Shown here piece by piece: positions 31,037 to 43,200 of a stretch of DNA of 64,000 nucleotides. The translations under genes were made by a program, and so were the position numbers. Each line of letters begins with the position of its first letter. Position 1 is the stretch's first letter. The notes under the pieces were generated by a model that ran no database searches, had not been told where the DNA came from, and saw only the letters and a program-made list of their open reading frames with translations. Source of the stretch: Bryobacterales bacterium (lineage in GTDB: Bacteria; Acidobacteriota; Terriglobia; Bryobacterales; UBA6623); contig OY729428.2 of NCBI GenBank assembly GCA_963422375.2, forward strand, positions 1,856,001-1,920,000, in the 5' to 3' direction.

Positions 31037-31814
31037 GCGGCGCCCGCCGCGCCGAGCGCGGCAGCCCGCTGCGGGCGCGCGCTTCACGCTCGGTACGAGG
31101 GTCGCACCGGATCCGGCATGCCCCGGCGCGACCCCGGTCCGGTCCGGACCGTCCATGCAGGCCGTCGAGCGCCGGGGATCCGCTGTCTTCGGCCCTCGCA
31201 GGGCCTGCAAGCGGCTTGCAAGGCGTGCCCTGCCACCGCCAACCGGGTTCCACCGGGGCATGCGAGGCGGCCTCTCTAGTCCCTTCCTCGTCCAATCCGC
31301 TGGCAGGCTCGATTCAGATACGATCCCACACCCCACCCCTCTGTGCCCGCCGCGGCCGCACTCGAATGACCCCAGCTCGACACCCACCTCCCTGCTCACA
31401 GCAGTTCTAGTCGGACCATGGCGTTGTCGGCACTCAGATATATAATTCCCCTTGCGTTCCTCGCGTGTCGGAGCTCCATCGCTTGGATGCCGGTAGTTCA
31501 CGATGCGCGGACGCAGGGAGCGCTTCGGGCCTTGGCAGGCCGACTTGGTGGCGCTCTCGAATGCTCCGGGTCCCGGGGCGCGCCGAGACGGGACGTCCGC
31601 CGCCGTCCCGGGCATGCACTGTGCGCCCGGTGGCGGGCAGATCTCCGGACGTTCCGCGCGGTCACTCTTGAAAGGCCGATCCGATCCGAACCCGGCAAGG
31701 CCTTCCGCAGCGGTCTGCCAATGGAGGGAGCACTGGCCCGCCCGCCCGGGAATTGCTGGCAATCGACGGGAAATCCTGAGGAATGCAGGCGCCGCAAGTG
31801 TGTATGATGCCTGT

Positions 31815-34547
31815 ATGACTCCGTCTAGCGCGACCGTTGCCGCCCTGCTCGCGGGGCTCCTGCTATCGGTGACTGGCACCCCGGCGGCGGCCGACAATGG
31901 GCTTGATTTCTTTGAGTCGAAGATTCGCCCGGTGCTCGTCGCCAACTGCTACGCCTGCCACTCGGCGGAGGCGAAGACACGGATGGGCGGGCTGAGCCTG
32001 GACACCAGGGACGGCATCCAGGAAGGCGGTCAGCGCGGGCACGCCGTGGTGCCGGAGGACGTCGAGTCCAGCCTCATCCTGTCGGTCCTGCGCTACGACG
32101 GGGACCTGAAGATGCCGCCCGGAGGGAGGCTTCCAGACGAGGTCGTCAGCGATTTCGAGCGGTGGATTCGCATGGGCGCCCCCGACCCCCGCGAGACCGA
32201 GGTCAAGGAATCGAAGAGCACCATCGACCTCGAGCGCGGGCGCGGCTACTGGGCGTTCCAGACTCCGCGTCGGCCGGACCTGCCCCGGGTAGCGGACATC
32301 CAGTGGCCGAGAGGCACCATCGACCAGCTCGTCCTCGCCAGTCTCGAGCAGCGAGGCCTGCGCCCCGCCCAGGACGCGTCCAAGGCCGACCTGCTGCGTC
32401 GCGTGACGTTCGACCTCACCGGTTTGCCTCCCACCGCCGAGGAGCTGCAGGCGTTCGTCGACGACCGCAGCGAGCACGCCTACGCGAAGGTCGTCGACAG
32501 GTTGCTTGAGTCCGACCGGTTCGGAGAACGTTGGGGCAGGCACTGGCTCGACGTGGTCCGCTACGCCGACACCGTCGGAAGGACCCGCAACCTGCCGTTC
32601 CCCGTCGCTTGGAAGTACCGGGACTACGTCATCGAATCGTTCAACAAGGACAAGCCCTTCGATCGGTTCATCCGCGAGCAGATGGCGGGAGACCTGCTCC
32701 CGTACGACAGCGCCAGCGAGCGCGTCGAGAACCAGATCGCGACCGGCTTCCTGGCGATCGGCGCCCACGATCTCAACGAGCCAGACGCGAAGCAGTTCGA
32801 CATGGATGTCGCGGACGAGATGATCAATGTCTCGACCCGGTCCTTCCTCGCTCTCAGCGTCGGATGCGCGCGCTGCCACGACCACAAGTTCGACCCGATT
32901 CCCACAACCGACTACTACGCCTTGGCGGGCATCTTCCGCAGTTCCGATCTGCGCAGCGGCCTGCGACGGCGCCCGCGGTTCAACGCGGGCTACTTCCGCA
33001 CGCACAAGCTGATTCAACTGGACGGAGTGCCGGAATTCACTTCCGCGAATGCCGGGGAAGTTCGCGCCGAGCGGGAGCGCCTATGGAAGGCCCTGCAGGC
33101 AGCCGAGAAGGCGGGGGATCGGGCCGAATGCCGGAAGCTGGCGCGGGCGCTCGGGAAGCTCCCGCTGCCCGAAAACCTGGCGATGGGAGTCGTCGAGGCG
33201 CCCAAGCCGGCTGCGACGCGGGTGAACGTGGGCGGCGACCCGCACGCCCTCGGCGTTCCCGTCGACCGCGGTTTCGTGCAGGTCCTGTATCCGGAGCAAG
33301 CTGAGTTGCCGCAGATCGGGAATCGGGAGAGCGGTCGGCTCCAGCTGGCGGACTGGCTGACGCGGCGCGACAACCCGCTCACGGCTCGCGTCATGGCGAA
33401 CCGCGTGTGGCGCCACATGCTCGGGACGGGAATCGTCGCGACCGTCGACAATTTCGGCGCGATGGGGCGCCAGCCCGTGAACCAGGGTCTGCTCGATTAC
33501 CTAGCCGTGCAGTTCACCGACCAGGAGTGGTCTGTGAAGAGTCTTGTCAGGGAAGTGGCGCTCAGCCGCACCTACCGCCTCGCAAGCAGCCCGGTCGAGG
33601 CCAACCTCGAGATCGATCCCGACAACGACTACTTCTGGCGCGCCAACGTGCGCCGCTTGGAGGCCGAGTCGGTGCGCGACTCGGTGCTGCTGGTTAGCGG
33701 CGAGCTGCGGACGGGGGCGCCCCCGCCTTCCCCTGTTCACGGCTTCGACCGAAACCAGCTGATCAACACCGGCAACAGGCAGGTTTCGTCGTGGGAGATC
33801 GACGAGACCTATCGCAGCGTCTACGTGCCCGTGATCAGGAACCAGGCAAGTCGCCTGTTCGAGGCCTTCGACTTCCCCGAGCCGAGCGAGACGCATGGCG
33901 ACAGGGACGTGACGACCAGTCCGACCCAAGCCCTCTTCTTGATGAACAGCGCGTTCGTAAGCGCGAACGCGGACGTCGCCGCCGAGCGGCTGCTGGCGGC
34001 CGTCAACGGCGATGCGCAGCGCGTCCGGCAGGCCTTCCGCCAGGCCCTGTCGCGCGAGCCCAGCCTGCAGGAGGTGGACGCGGCGCTCGGAGCCATTCGC
34101 GACGCGGCGCGAGAGCTGGCTTCCAGCTCCGCTGACCGGAGCGGACGGGTGGCCGCCCGGGCGTGGGTCGATGCACTCGCCTCGGCTGCACTCGAGAGGA
34201 CCTTCAACGAGGACGAGATTGCGTCCGCGATGGACTACATCGAGCGGCACCAGCCGGAAGCCGGGAGCTCGGTCGAGTCCGCGGCCCGGGCCTTCCTAGA
34301 CAGCGACGGGGTCTTCCGGCGCGGTCGCGTGCTAGGGATGCTCCAGTCCGCCTTGGGATGGGATCTGACTCGCCCGGAGAAAGCCGCTGCGTTGAAGAAG
34401 GTCCGCGAGTGGTGGGCCCGGGCGATCAAGACTCGCGCCACAGGCGAGTGGACCACGCTGGCATCGGCTGGCAGCCCCGAGCAAGAGGCGTGGTCGCTGC
34501 TCTATCATGCTTTATACAACAGCGCGGAGTTCCGCTACCGGTTCTGA
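31815..34547 (+). CDS. PSD1/planctomycete cytochrome c domain protein (DUF1549/DUF1553)
   Basis: FFESKIRPVL…CYACH, LLRRVTFDLTGLPP, GERWGRHWLDVVRYAD, CARCHDHKFDPI, NPLTARVMANRVW, RRLEAESVRD. Confidence 0.92.
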   Translation: MTPSSATVAALLAGLLLSVTGTPAAADNGLDFFESKIRPVLVANCYACHSAEAKTRMGGLSLDTRDGIQEGGQRGHAVVPEDVESSLILSVLRYDGDLKMPPGGRLPDEVVSDFERWIRMGAPDPRETEVKESKSTIDLERGRGYWAFQTPRRPDLPRVADIQWPRGTIDQLVLASLEQRGLRPAQDASKADLLRRVTFDLTGLPPTAEELQAFVDDRSEHAYAKVVDRLLESDRFGERWGRHWLDVVRYADTVGRTRNLPFPVAWKYRDYVIESFNKDKPFDRFIREQMAGDLLPYDSASERVENQIATGFLAIGAHDLNEPDAKQFDMDVADEMINVSTRSFLALSVGCARCHDHKFDPIPTTDYYALAGIFRSSDLRSGLRRRPRFNAGYFRTHKLIQLDGVPEFTSANAGEVRAERERLWKALQAAEKAGDRAECRKLARALGKLPLPENLAMGVVEAPKPAATRVNVGGDPHALGVPVDRGFVQVLYPEQAELPQIGNRESGRLQLADWLTRRDNPLTARVMANRVWRHMLGTGIVATVDNFGAMGRQPVNQGLLDYLAVQFTDQEWSVKSLVREVALSRTYRLASSPVEANLEIDPDNDYFWRANVRRLEAESVRDSVLLVSGELRTGAPPPSPVHGFDRNQLINTGNRQVSSWEIDETYRSVYVPVIRNQASRLFEAFDFPEPSETHGDRDVTTSPTQALFLMNSAFVSANADVAAERLLAAVNGDAQRVRQAFRQALSREPSLQEVDAALGAIRDAARELASSSADRSGRVAARAWVDALASAALERTFNEDEIASAMDYIERHQPEAGSSVESAARAFLDSDGVFRRGRVLGMLQSALGWDLTRPEKAAALKKVREWWARAIKTRATGEWTTLASAGSPEQEAWSLLYHALYNSAEFRYRF

Positions 34548-34573
34548 CTGGTAGCGGTCCAAGGAGACGATCG

Positions 34574-35959
<1,386 letters not shown>

Positions 35960-35984
35960 GCTGCAACCGGGAGCGTATCGGCCA

Positions 35985-38260
35985 GGGCATTTCGCAAGGG
36001 CATCGCGCTGAAGCAGATCGTGCAGATGTTTCCTGACAATCACGCGGCGGCGCGGTGGATTGTCGAATCGAAGCTCGGCTATGGAGACTGGATCATTGCG
36101 TCTTATTTGGTCATGATGAGCCTCAAGAGTGTGGCAACCATGAAGCTCCACCTAGACTTGGTCTTCACACCAGCGGTTCTAAATTTGGCCGTCAAGGGGG
36201 TGCGTGAACGTTGTTTCGGAGGATGAGGTGAACAAGTTGACCGAGAGGTTGCGCTCCTGAGGCCGCCCCGCGGGAGCGTCGGACGGCGGGCAGGGCCGTG
36301 GCGCGGCCCACGTCGCGGGTCCGCGGAGTGCCGAGCCCGCGACCGGACGCACTCCGGCGGTAGCCGGCTTTGACGGCCGGACGCTGCCGGCACGAAACTG
36401 CGCGGAGTCCAGGCCTCGGCCGCCCGGCAGCCCGGAGGAGCGCACCGCCGCCAGCAGCGTCGGCCGGTCCGGGAAGCGGAACCAGCGCAGCGCGACCTGC
36501 AGCTCCCGGAACAGGGCGCGGCGCGTGACCGGCTGGCGCCGGCACTGCTGCCACAGCGCGCAGACGCACTGCACCAGACGCACTGCAGCACGGCGTGGAG
36601 CGCGAAGGCGAACAGGTTCGGCACGGCCGGCACGTTGGCCAGCCCTTCCTTGCCGTGCCCGAAGTTGCGCTTGAAGTTGCGGCCGTGCCGCGCCAGGCAG
36701 TTGAAGCCCTCGTTCTCGATCTTCCAGCGCGCCCGGCCGGCCCGCGCGATCCGCTCCGCGTTGTCCGCGGTGACCGCGAGACCGGTGAAGAAGCTGCTGG
36801 CGCAGGTGCGCTTGCCGTCGCGCTCAGTACAGGTCGTCGCCCGGCAGGACGGGGCGGCAGGCCTGCAGCCAGGCGCCGTGAGCGGCGAGCCAGCGCTTGG
36901 CGGCGTTGCCGCTCGCAGTCCCGCTTGCGCTCGTCCTCGCTCATGTCGGCGCGGGTCGCGGCCGCGTCCTGCTGCGGGCACGCGAACTCGGGCATCAGCG
37001 GCAGGACCGTGGCGTGGCCGTCGGCCACCGCGGTGGCCGACGGCCATGGCGTGGAAGTGATGCGGCCGGCGCTCGCTGCCGGCGCGCCGCACCGAGCACT
37101 GCGGGCAATGCACCCTGTCGGAGCGGTGGAACCGGACGCCGTCCGGAGCCGCCGGCAGGCGCTCGTCGAGGCGCTGGAAGGGCTCGAGCGCGCCCTGCGC
37201 GGCCACGGTTGCGAGGCACGGCCGGAACAGCGGGTCGCACGCGGCCGGGTCGAGGTCGTCGAGCAAGTTGCGGATCCGGTTGTCGCAGGGGATGCGGCCC
37301 GCGCCGAACAGGGTCCGGCAGTTGGAGCGGGAGCCGTCCCGCTCCATGCGCCGCTGGAACGCGAGGAACGACTCGCACCGGGTGAAGAAGCAGGCCGGGG
37401 CGCAACCGGCGGCGTCGCTGACCTCGTAGCGCTTGTTGCGACCGTCGCGCCGGTCGGGCCGGCCGGCGGCCGTCTCGCGGAAGGCGCTCAGCAGCGAGTC
37501 CAGGACATGGGGCATACACCCTAGCTCACAAATTCCGCTAGGAAAAGTCAAGTGCCAGACTGCCTTCGACACCTTTCTCAAACACTCTGGAAATCCCAAA
37601 ATGCCCAAATTGAGAATCGCTGTCTTCACACAGAAATCAGCTTGGTTTCCCGCCCGTCGGTTTCTTTCGGTATTGTCTCAAGATGGTACGATGTGCTCGG
37701 GTCCGGTGGAAGTGGACGAGACGTACACGGGTGGGAAGAGTCGCAACGGGAGCAGTGCCAACCGCGATGAGCTAGCCGGGACAGGCTGGAGAACGGCTCG
37801 CGGGACAACAGTTGCGAGTGACAAGGATCGCGAGATCAACAAGGTTGCGGCCAAGTGGGTCGCGCCCACCCACAGGGACAGGCTTCAAGGGTTTGTGAAG
37901 GATCACGCCGAGCCGGGCACGAGGGTCTATATCCACGATGCTTCCGCCGAGGAGGATCCGCCGTTTGCTCACCCTATAGTCACGCAGTCGCTCCCTCAGT
38001 ATGTAGGGAGTGATATACATACCAACAGCATCGAGTCGCTGTGGTCCATGCTCAAGCGGGCGTACAAAAGAATTTTTGACAAGCTCTCTCCCAAGCACCT
38101 TGACCGCTATGTACAGGGGTGCGTGGGCAGGTACAATGCCTGCGAACTAGACACCAACGAGCAGATGAGTGATATCCGGGGCGGGATGGATGGAAAGATC
38201 CTGCGCTACAGGACGCCCATTGCCGATCACGGTCTGTCTTCGGGGGTGCGAACATGCTAC
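35985..38260 (+). pseudogene. Old IS1595-family transposase relic, split by an ISNCY element
   Basis: 5' part FRKGIALKQIVQMFPD…MKLHLDLVFT joins across the insertion to QKSAWF…GPVEVDETYTGG…HTNSIESLWSMLKR…KHLDRY; Zn ribbon deleted; no terminal IRs found. Confidence 0.8.
36171..37622 (-). mobile_element. ISNCY-type insertion sequence, 1452 bp, with a degenerate transposase (start ~37515)
   Basis: IRs CAGCGGTTCTAAATTTGG / CAGCGATTCTCAATTTGG; 9-bp TSD TCTTCACAC at 36162-36170 and 37623-37631; motifs IPCDNRIRNLLD, GRARWKIENEGFN, NFGHG; frameshifts and an internal deletion. Confidence 0.88.
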
Positions 38261-39009
38261 GACGATCTGAGCCTGAACTGCCTTTCTACTCGGAGTCTCG
38301 ACATGTTGAAATCCCGACTGTTGAGATATTGCCTCCAGCAGACGTCGTGTCTACGTTGCAACGTAGTGAGACAATGAAGTGCGTCATTCTTGATCCTTGG
38401 TACAACAAGGGAATTGGCGGCAAGCGTGATGATTATGACGATTGGATAGAAGGTGTGATTAGAAAGTCCAGTCGGATTTCAAGCCATGTTTTTGTCTGGG
38501 GATTCCCGGAGATTTTAGCGAACCAAGTCAATCGAATCCCCGAGGAGTTGCGCCTCCTTGCTTAGTTGACTTGGTATTACAAGAACTGTCCATCCGTAGT
38601 TCTCGGCTGGAGGTCTGCACAGAACACCTGTCTCCACATAGCATCTGAGACGGCACCAATTTACGTTGAGAACTTCCTGAACGGTTCTCAGTTGGATCGA
38701 TGGAACTCTGGGAAAATGCGGTTTGTTCCCGGACCACCATCCGTCTTGGAAGCCCCACTCAACATAGGATTTGTGGGTCGGTGAGAGCAGATGGGACATC
38801 CGGCACAGAAGCCACTTTCAGTGATTGAGCCATTGATCCGCATGGCAACTATGGAAGGTGACTTGGTCTTGGATCCGATGTGCGGGTTAGGAACTACTGG
38901 CGAGGCGTGTATCCGGCTAAATCGTAAAGCAATTCTTTGTGACAATTCCCTTGAGTACTTATCAATCGCTCAGGACAGGATTGCTAGGTGCGGGGCAAAT
39001 GGAAGATAG
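38254..39009 (+). pseudogene. Beta-class amino (N6-A/N4-C) DNA methyltransferase pseudogene
   Basis: Motif IV variant ILDPWY precedes HPAQKP and motif I VLDPMCGLGTT; one reading frame broken by TAG at 38563-38565 and TGA at 38782-38784; low GC. Confidence 0.87.
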
Positions 39010-39648
39010 AAACGCCACTATACGTGGCCCTTATGCACAGCAGTCAATACGTGACCGGATCGAGGCATTCTTCCTTGAGAATCTCGGCGCAAGGTGGCTA
39101 CACGAGAACAACCGATAGAAGTTGCTAGAGATCCTAGAACAGGAAGAGCACCCGAGAACTGGCACCAGAGGCTTTCTGAGTTGCGAACGGACAAGAGGTA
39201 CACGATCCTATCTTGGAGGAATCGGGGAGATTTGAAGGTCAGCGAATACATGATGCCTAACGCTGAACGCAGATCCATAGCTTCAATGAGGAACCGCCCT
39301 AGCGCTTCTACTTGGAAGCGAGTCCTAGCATATCACTACAATAGATGTGTATGGGATGAAAGTGGAATAGTCTGCGGATTACGCAATGGAGAAATTGACC
39401 CTGTAGGCGGTGGAACTGTCAGGCTGACACCGGATCATCGCACACCACACGCCATCTATGCAGATACTGATCCAAGTGACGAAACCAAGTGGCAGCCTCT
39501 CTGTGGACGGCACCAAGTTATGAAGAAGAACTACTGGGACGACGAGACGGGATGGCTCAATGTCATTGCCATAGTGCAGTCGGCATCAGAAGCACAGAAG
39601 CATGAAGTATTCGTGTTTCTCAAGAGATACTTGGGAGAGACATTATGA
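38999..39648 (+). pseudogene. KpnI-like HNH restriction endonuclease, frameshifted
   Basis: RIEAFFLENLGKV…PENWHQRLSELRTD…YTILSWR…GGGTVRLTPDH…LCGRHQVMKKNYWD closely matches R.KpnI as I recall it; a 2-bp GC duplication near 39088 breaks the frame. Confidence 0.85.
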
Positions 39649-40279
39649 GGGGTTAGCCCCTTTAACTCTGCGAATTGAAACTCCCGTATCCCGCCTAACC
39701 AGTCTACAAACGAGGAGAATCCAACAGAAATATCGACTGGACTGGACGTTCGAAAATGCAATCACAGTCTTAGTAAATCCAGTGAAGATTCGCCGCGTCA
39801 TGCCGAAACCGAAGCGGTACTGAGAGGCGCAAAAGTCTTTTCCCAAGATACAGGCCATACTCAGTCGACTTCCGATTCAGGCTGTCATCATAGCAGCCCA
39901 GAGATAGAGTCTTGAATTCTCGAACTTAGGCCTGCATATTGTGATATACCGTAACTATCTACACAGTATATTGCGTACTTGAATTTGGAAGGCCTCCTTC
40001 TTAGCAGACTGCTTGGGAACCCAGTTGCCAGTACATTCTGGCCTGGCCGATCCGAAAAGACTTTTGCGCCCCTCAGTAAGTCAAGCTGAAATCGGGTGTT
40101 TTCGCTGCTTTCGAATTCAATCTGGTTTGAAACCTCGCGCCCGACCGGCAGTCGGCGGAGTTCGGCTTTTATGGTAGCCCGGAGCGCTGAATATCTCGGC
40201 CAGCCGGTCCGCTCGCTTGCTTTCGGTGCCACTTGTCAGGGCTCGACCGACGTGTCGGTCGGTACGTCCCGGCTCGTCC

Positions 40280-43200
40280 CTAGAACAGCAGCTTGAGCCC
40301 GAACTGCAGCTGCCGGTTGTCCTGGGATGTGCCACCGATCGTGCCGGCGTTTCGGTTCCCGATCGAGAGGCCCGGCATGCCGAAGTGCGGCCGGTTGAAG
40401 AAGTTGAACGCTTCGAACCGGAACTCGATTCTCGATGTCTCGCCCAGCGGAGCCGGGAAGGTGCGGTGCAGCGCGAAGTTGACCATGTTCGTCCCCGGGC
40501 CGTATAGGATGTTCCTCCCGGAATTGCCGAACGTGTAGCGCGGCGGGAACGCGAACGCGTCGGTGTCGAAATAGCGGTCGATCGTCGGGCTGGAGAGCTT
40601 GCCGTCCCGAATTCGGTCCGGCCTCGACGTGGTGCCCGTGTTCGCGTTGTCGAAATTCAGGGCCGGAGTGAACGGTATGCCATCCGAGAAGGTCACGATG
40701 CCCGACAGGTCCCAACCGCCGAGCAAGGGCTTCAACAGTCCATCGCCCGACGGCAGCCGGTAGACGCCGCTGAACACGAACCGGTTGGGGATGTTGTGAT
40801 TCGACGGGCCCCAATTCGCCGCCAGGTCGCGGCTGTCCTGGATTCCGCCGTAGTCCCCGGAGGGCCCGCACCCGTCGCAGTTGCCTAGGTTGCTCGCAGT
40901 ATCGAGCGACCGACCGTGCGTGAACGCGGTCAGGAACGAGAGACCGCCGCTGAAGCGCTTCTCAAGGCGGGTCGACACGCCGTGGTAGCTGCTGGTGGCC
41001 CAAGGCTCGGTGCGAATGATGCGGGCGCGCGTGTACTGCCCGTGCGGGCGCCGGTTGTTGGGCGAGCCCGGCCCGGGCGTCGGCTGGTTCCCTTCGTACG
41101 ACGCGTACAACTGGCGGCCAGTGTTGCCGACGTAGTTGACCTCCCACATGATGTTGCCCGGCAGCTGCTTCTGGATGCTGAAGTTCCATTGCTGGATCGT
41201 CGGCATGTCCAGCGTCGGGTACCAGCTGCGCAGCCGGGCGGTCGACTTGGGATTGAGTACGAAGTCCTGCGGCGCGACAGCGTCCGGACGGGGCGGCAGG
41301 GAGCCGCTCAGGGGAATCGTGCTGGAGGGGTTGAGCTGGTCGCTGGGCAGCGAGATGCCGCCGAATCCGAAGAACGGCGGGTTGTTCGTCATGCGGCGGG
41401 CCACTCCGGTGCCTTCGTCCTGGCCGAAGAATACGCCGTACCCGCCCCGAAGGACGAGTCCCTCGATGACGCGGAAGGCGAATCCGAACCGAGGCGCGAT
41501 GTTGTTCATGTCGGTTTCCAACAGGCTGCGGGGCTTGCGGCTGTCGCCGGCGAGGATGAGTTGGCCGAAGAGCGGGTCGTCCGGGTTGAGGATGAAGTTG
41601 GCCATGCGGTTGTCCAGCTCGATGAACGGCTGCGTGAGTTCGTAGCGCGCGCCTAGGTTCAGCGTCAGCCTCGAGCTGACCTGCCAGTCGTCCTGGAAGT
41701 ACCAGTACAGGTTCTGCTGCTGCTCGCGCGCCGTCGCGCGCGTGCCGGTTTGGATGCGGTTGGGCAGCCCGAGGAGGAGGTCCGCCACCGACGAGCCAGT
41801 GCCTGGCCGGCCTTGGGGGTTCTGCGTGAACACTCCGCTGAAGCTGAAGCTTCCGCGGCCCTCCAGGGTGGCCGAGGTCTTCGTGCGGATCATCTGGTAG
41901 TCGAACCCCAGTTTCGTCGTGTGCCTCCCGCGCACCATGGAGAGGTTGTCGGAGAAGTTCCAGACGGCCGAGGACTTCAGCAACGGGAGGTTGCCGAAGC
42001 CCGGAGGCGAGACTCCGATCGAGGTGAGGCCCGCTAGGCCGAACGTCGGCGTGCCGCTCGTGACGTCCGGGTGCAGCGCGCCGGCGATGATCTCCTCTCT
42101 CGGCGTGAGACCGTCCTGGTCGACCCCGATCCGGTTCCACGCGAAGCGGAATTCGTTAACGATGCTCGGCGAGAATGTCCGCGTGTAACCGTAGCCGATG
42201 CTGAAGGCGTCGCCCTCCCGGACGACCGGGTTGCCTGCCGGGGTCTCGAACACTGCGTTTTGCTGGAAGTCGGGAAGGTTGAACGAGTACCTTCCGAACA
42301 TGCTGTCCATGTCGCTGACGCGCACGTCCCCGCGCCCGGTCAAGTTGTCGGTGCGGATGCCGTTGTTGGGCGCTCGCACGAAATTGCGGTTGGAGCGGTC
42401 GAAGACCGGTGCCGGGTAGCGCGCGATGAGGTCGCGGCCCACGCTGTCCATGCGGGACGCCGGGATCTTGTTGTTCGCGAACTGGTCGCGCACGGACCCG
42501 TCGCCGTTCGGGTTCGCTCGCGTCGTGAACGGATCGAAGATGTTCCGATCGCCGAAGGTGCCCTGGCGTTCCGTCGGCAGTGGCACGGTCCCGGTGAGCG
42601 TGGTGCCTTGCGTGATGTGCGTGCGCTGGTAGGCGGCATGCCAGAAGACCCGGTTGCTCACGACCGGCCCGCCCATCGACCCGCCGGCCTGGTGCTGGAT
42701 GAAAAGCGGGTCGACCGTTGTCGGCGGCGCGAAATAGTCCCTAGCGTCCAAGTTGTCGTTGCGCAGGAACCAGAACGCCGAGCCGTGGTACTCGTTGGTG
42801 CCGCTCTTGGTGACAACGTTGACGACGGCCCCCGCGGACGCGCCGTACTCGGCGGAGAAGTTGCTGGTGTTGACCTTGAATTCCTCGACCGCTTCAAGCG
42901 AGGGTCGCATCGCGTCGCGCTGCCTGTTGTCGAGCCCGCGCAGGTAGTTGACGTTGCGCGCGCCGTCCAGCAGGTAGGCGTTCTGGTAGCCGCGGTTGCC
43001 GTAGGCCGAGTACGTCTTGTCCCGGGAGCGGCTGTTCGGGACGGTGCCCGCCGTGAGGTTGCCGAGGTCCAGGTAGTTGCGGCCGTTGAGCGGGAGCTTC
43101 TGGATCGTGTTCTCGCCGACAACCTGGCCGATGCTATGGGTAGTCTCTTCCAGCTGCACCGCCAGCGCCTCGACGGTGACCTGCTCGGTCACCGTGCCGG

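Larger units (their letters stand above)
29271..31450. mobile_element. Apparent composite transposon: MITE + 378-bp spacer + IS in inverted orientation
   Basis: 8-bp direct repeat CTTGCGTT at 29263-29270 and 31451-31458; inner flanks (ATTCGATG, CAAGAGTA) match neither it nor each other. Confidence 0.8.
30018..31450 (+). mobile_element. IS1595-family element (GGGAATTAT-ended), 1433 bp
   Basis: 24-bp IRs; near-identical to 12185-13689 in the opposite orientation. Confidence 0.93.

Noticed and set aside
31155..31445. 96-aa ORF in the IS tail as a passenger gene
   Set aside because: Frame differs among the three copies and the composition is Pro/Arg-rich with no recognisable motif
29263..31458. 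Inversion between two independent IS insertions as the cause of the flank pattern
   Set aside because: That would leave different outer flanks and reverse-complemented inner flanks; here the outer flanks are identical and the inner ones unrelated
38563..38784. In-frame TAG and TGA in the MTase as possible recoding (Pyl/Sec or an alternative code)
   Set aside because: The TAG falls where Trp (TGG) is plausible, the neighbouring endonuclease is also frameshifted, and ordinary genes here use TAG and TGA as stops
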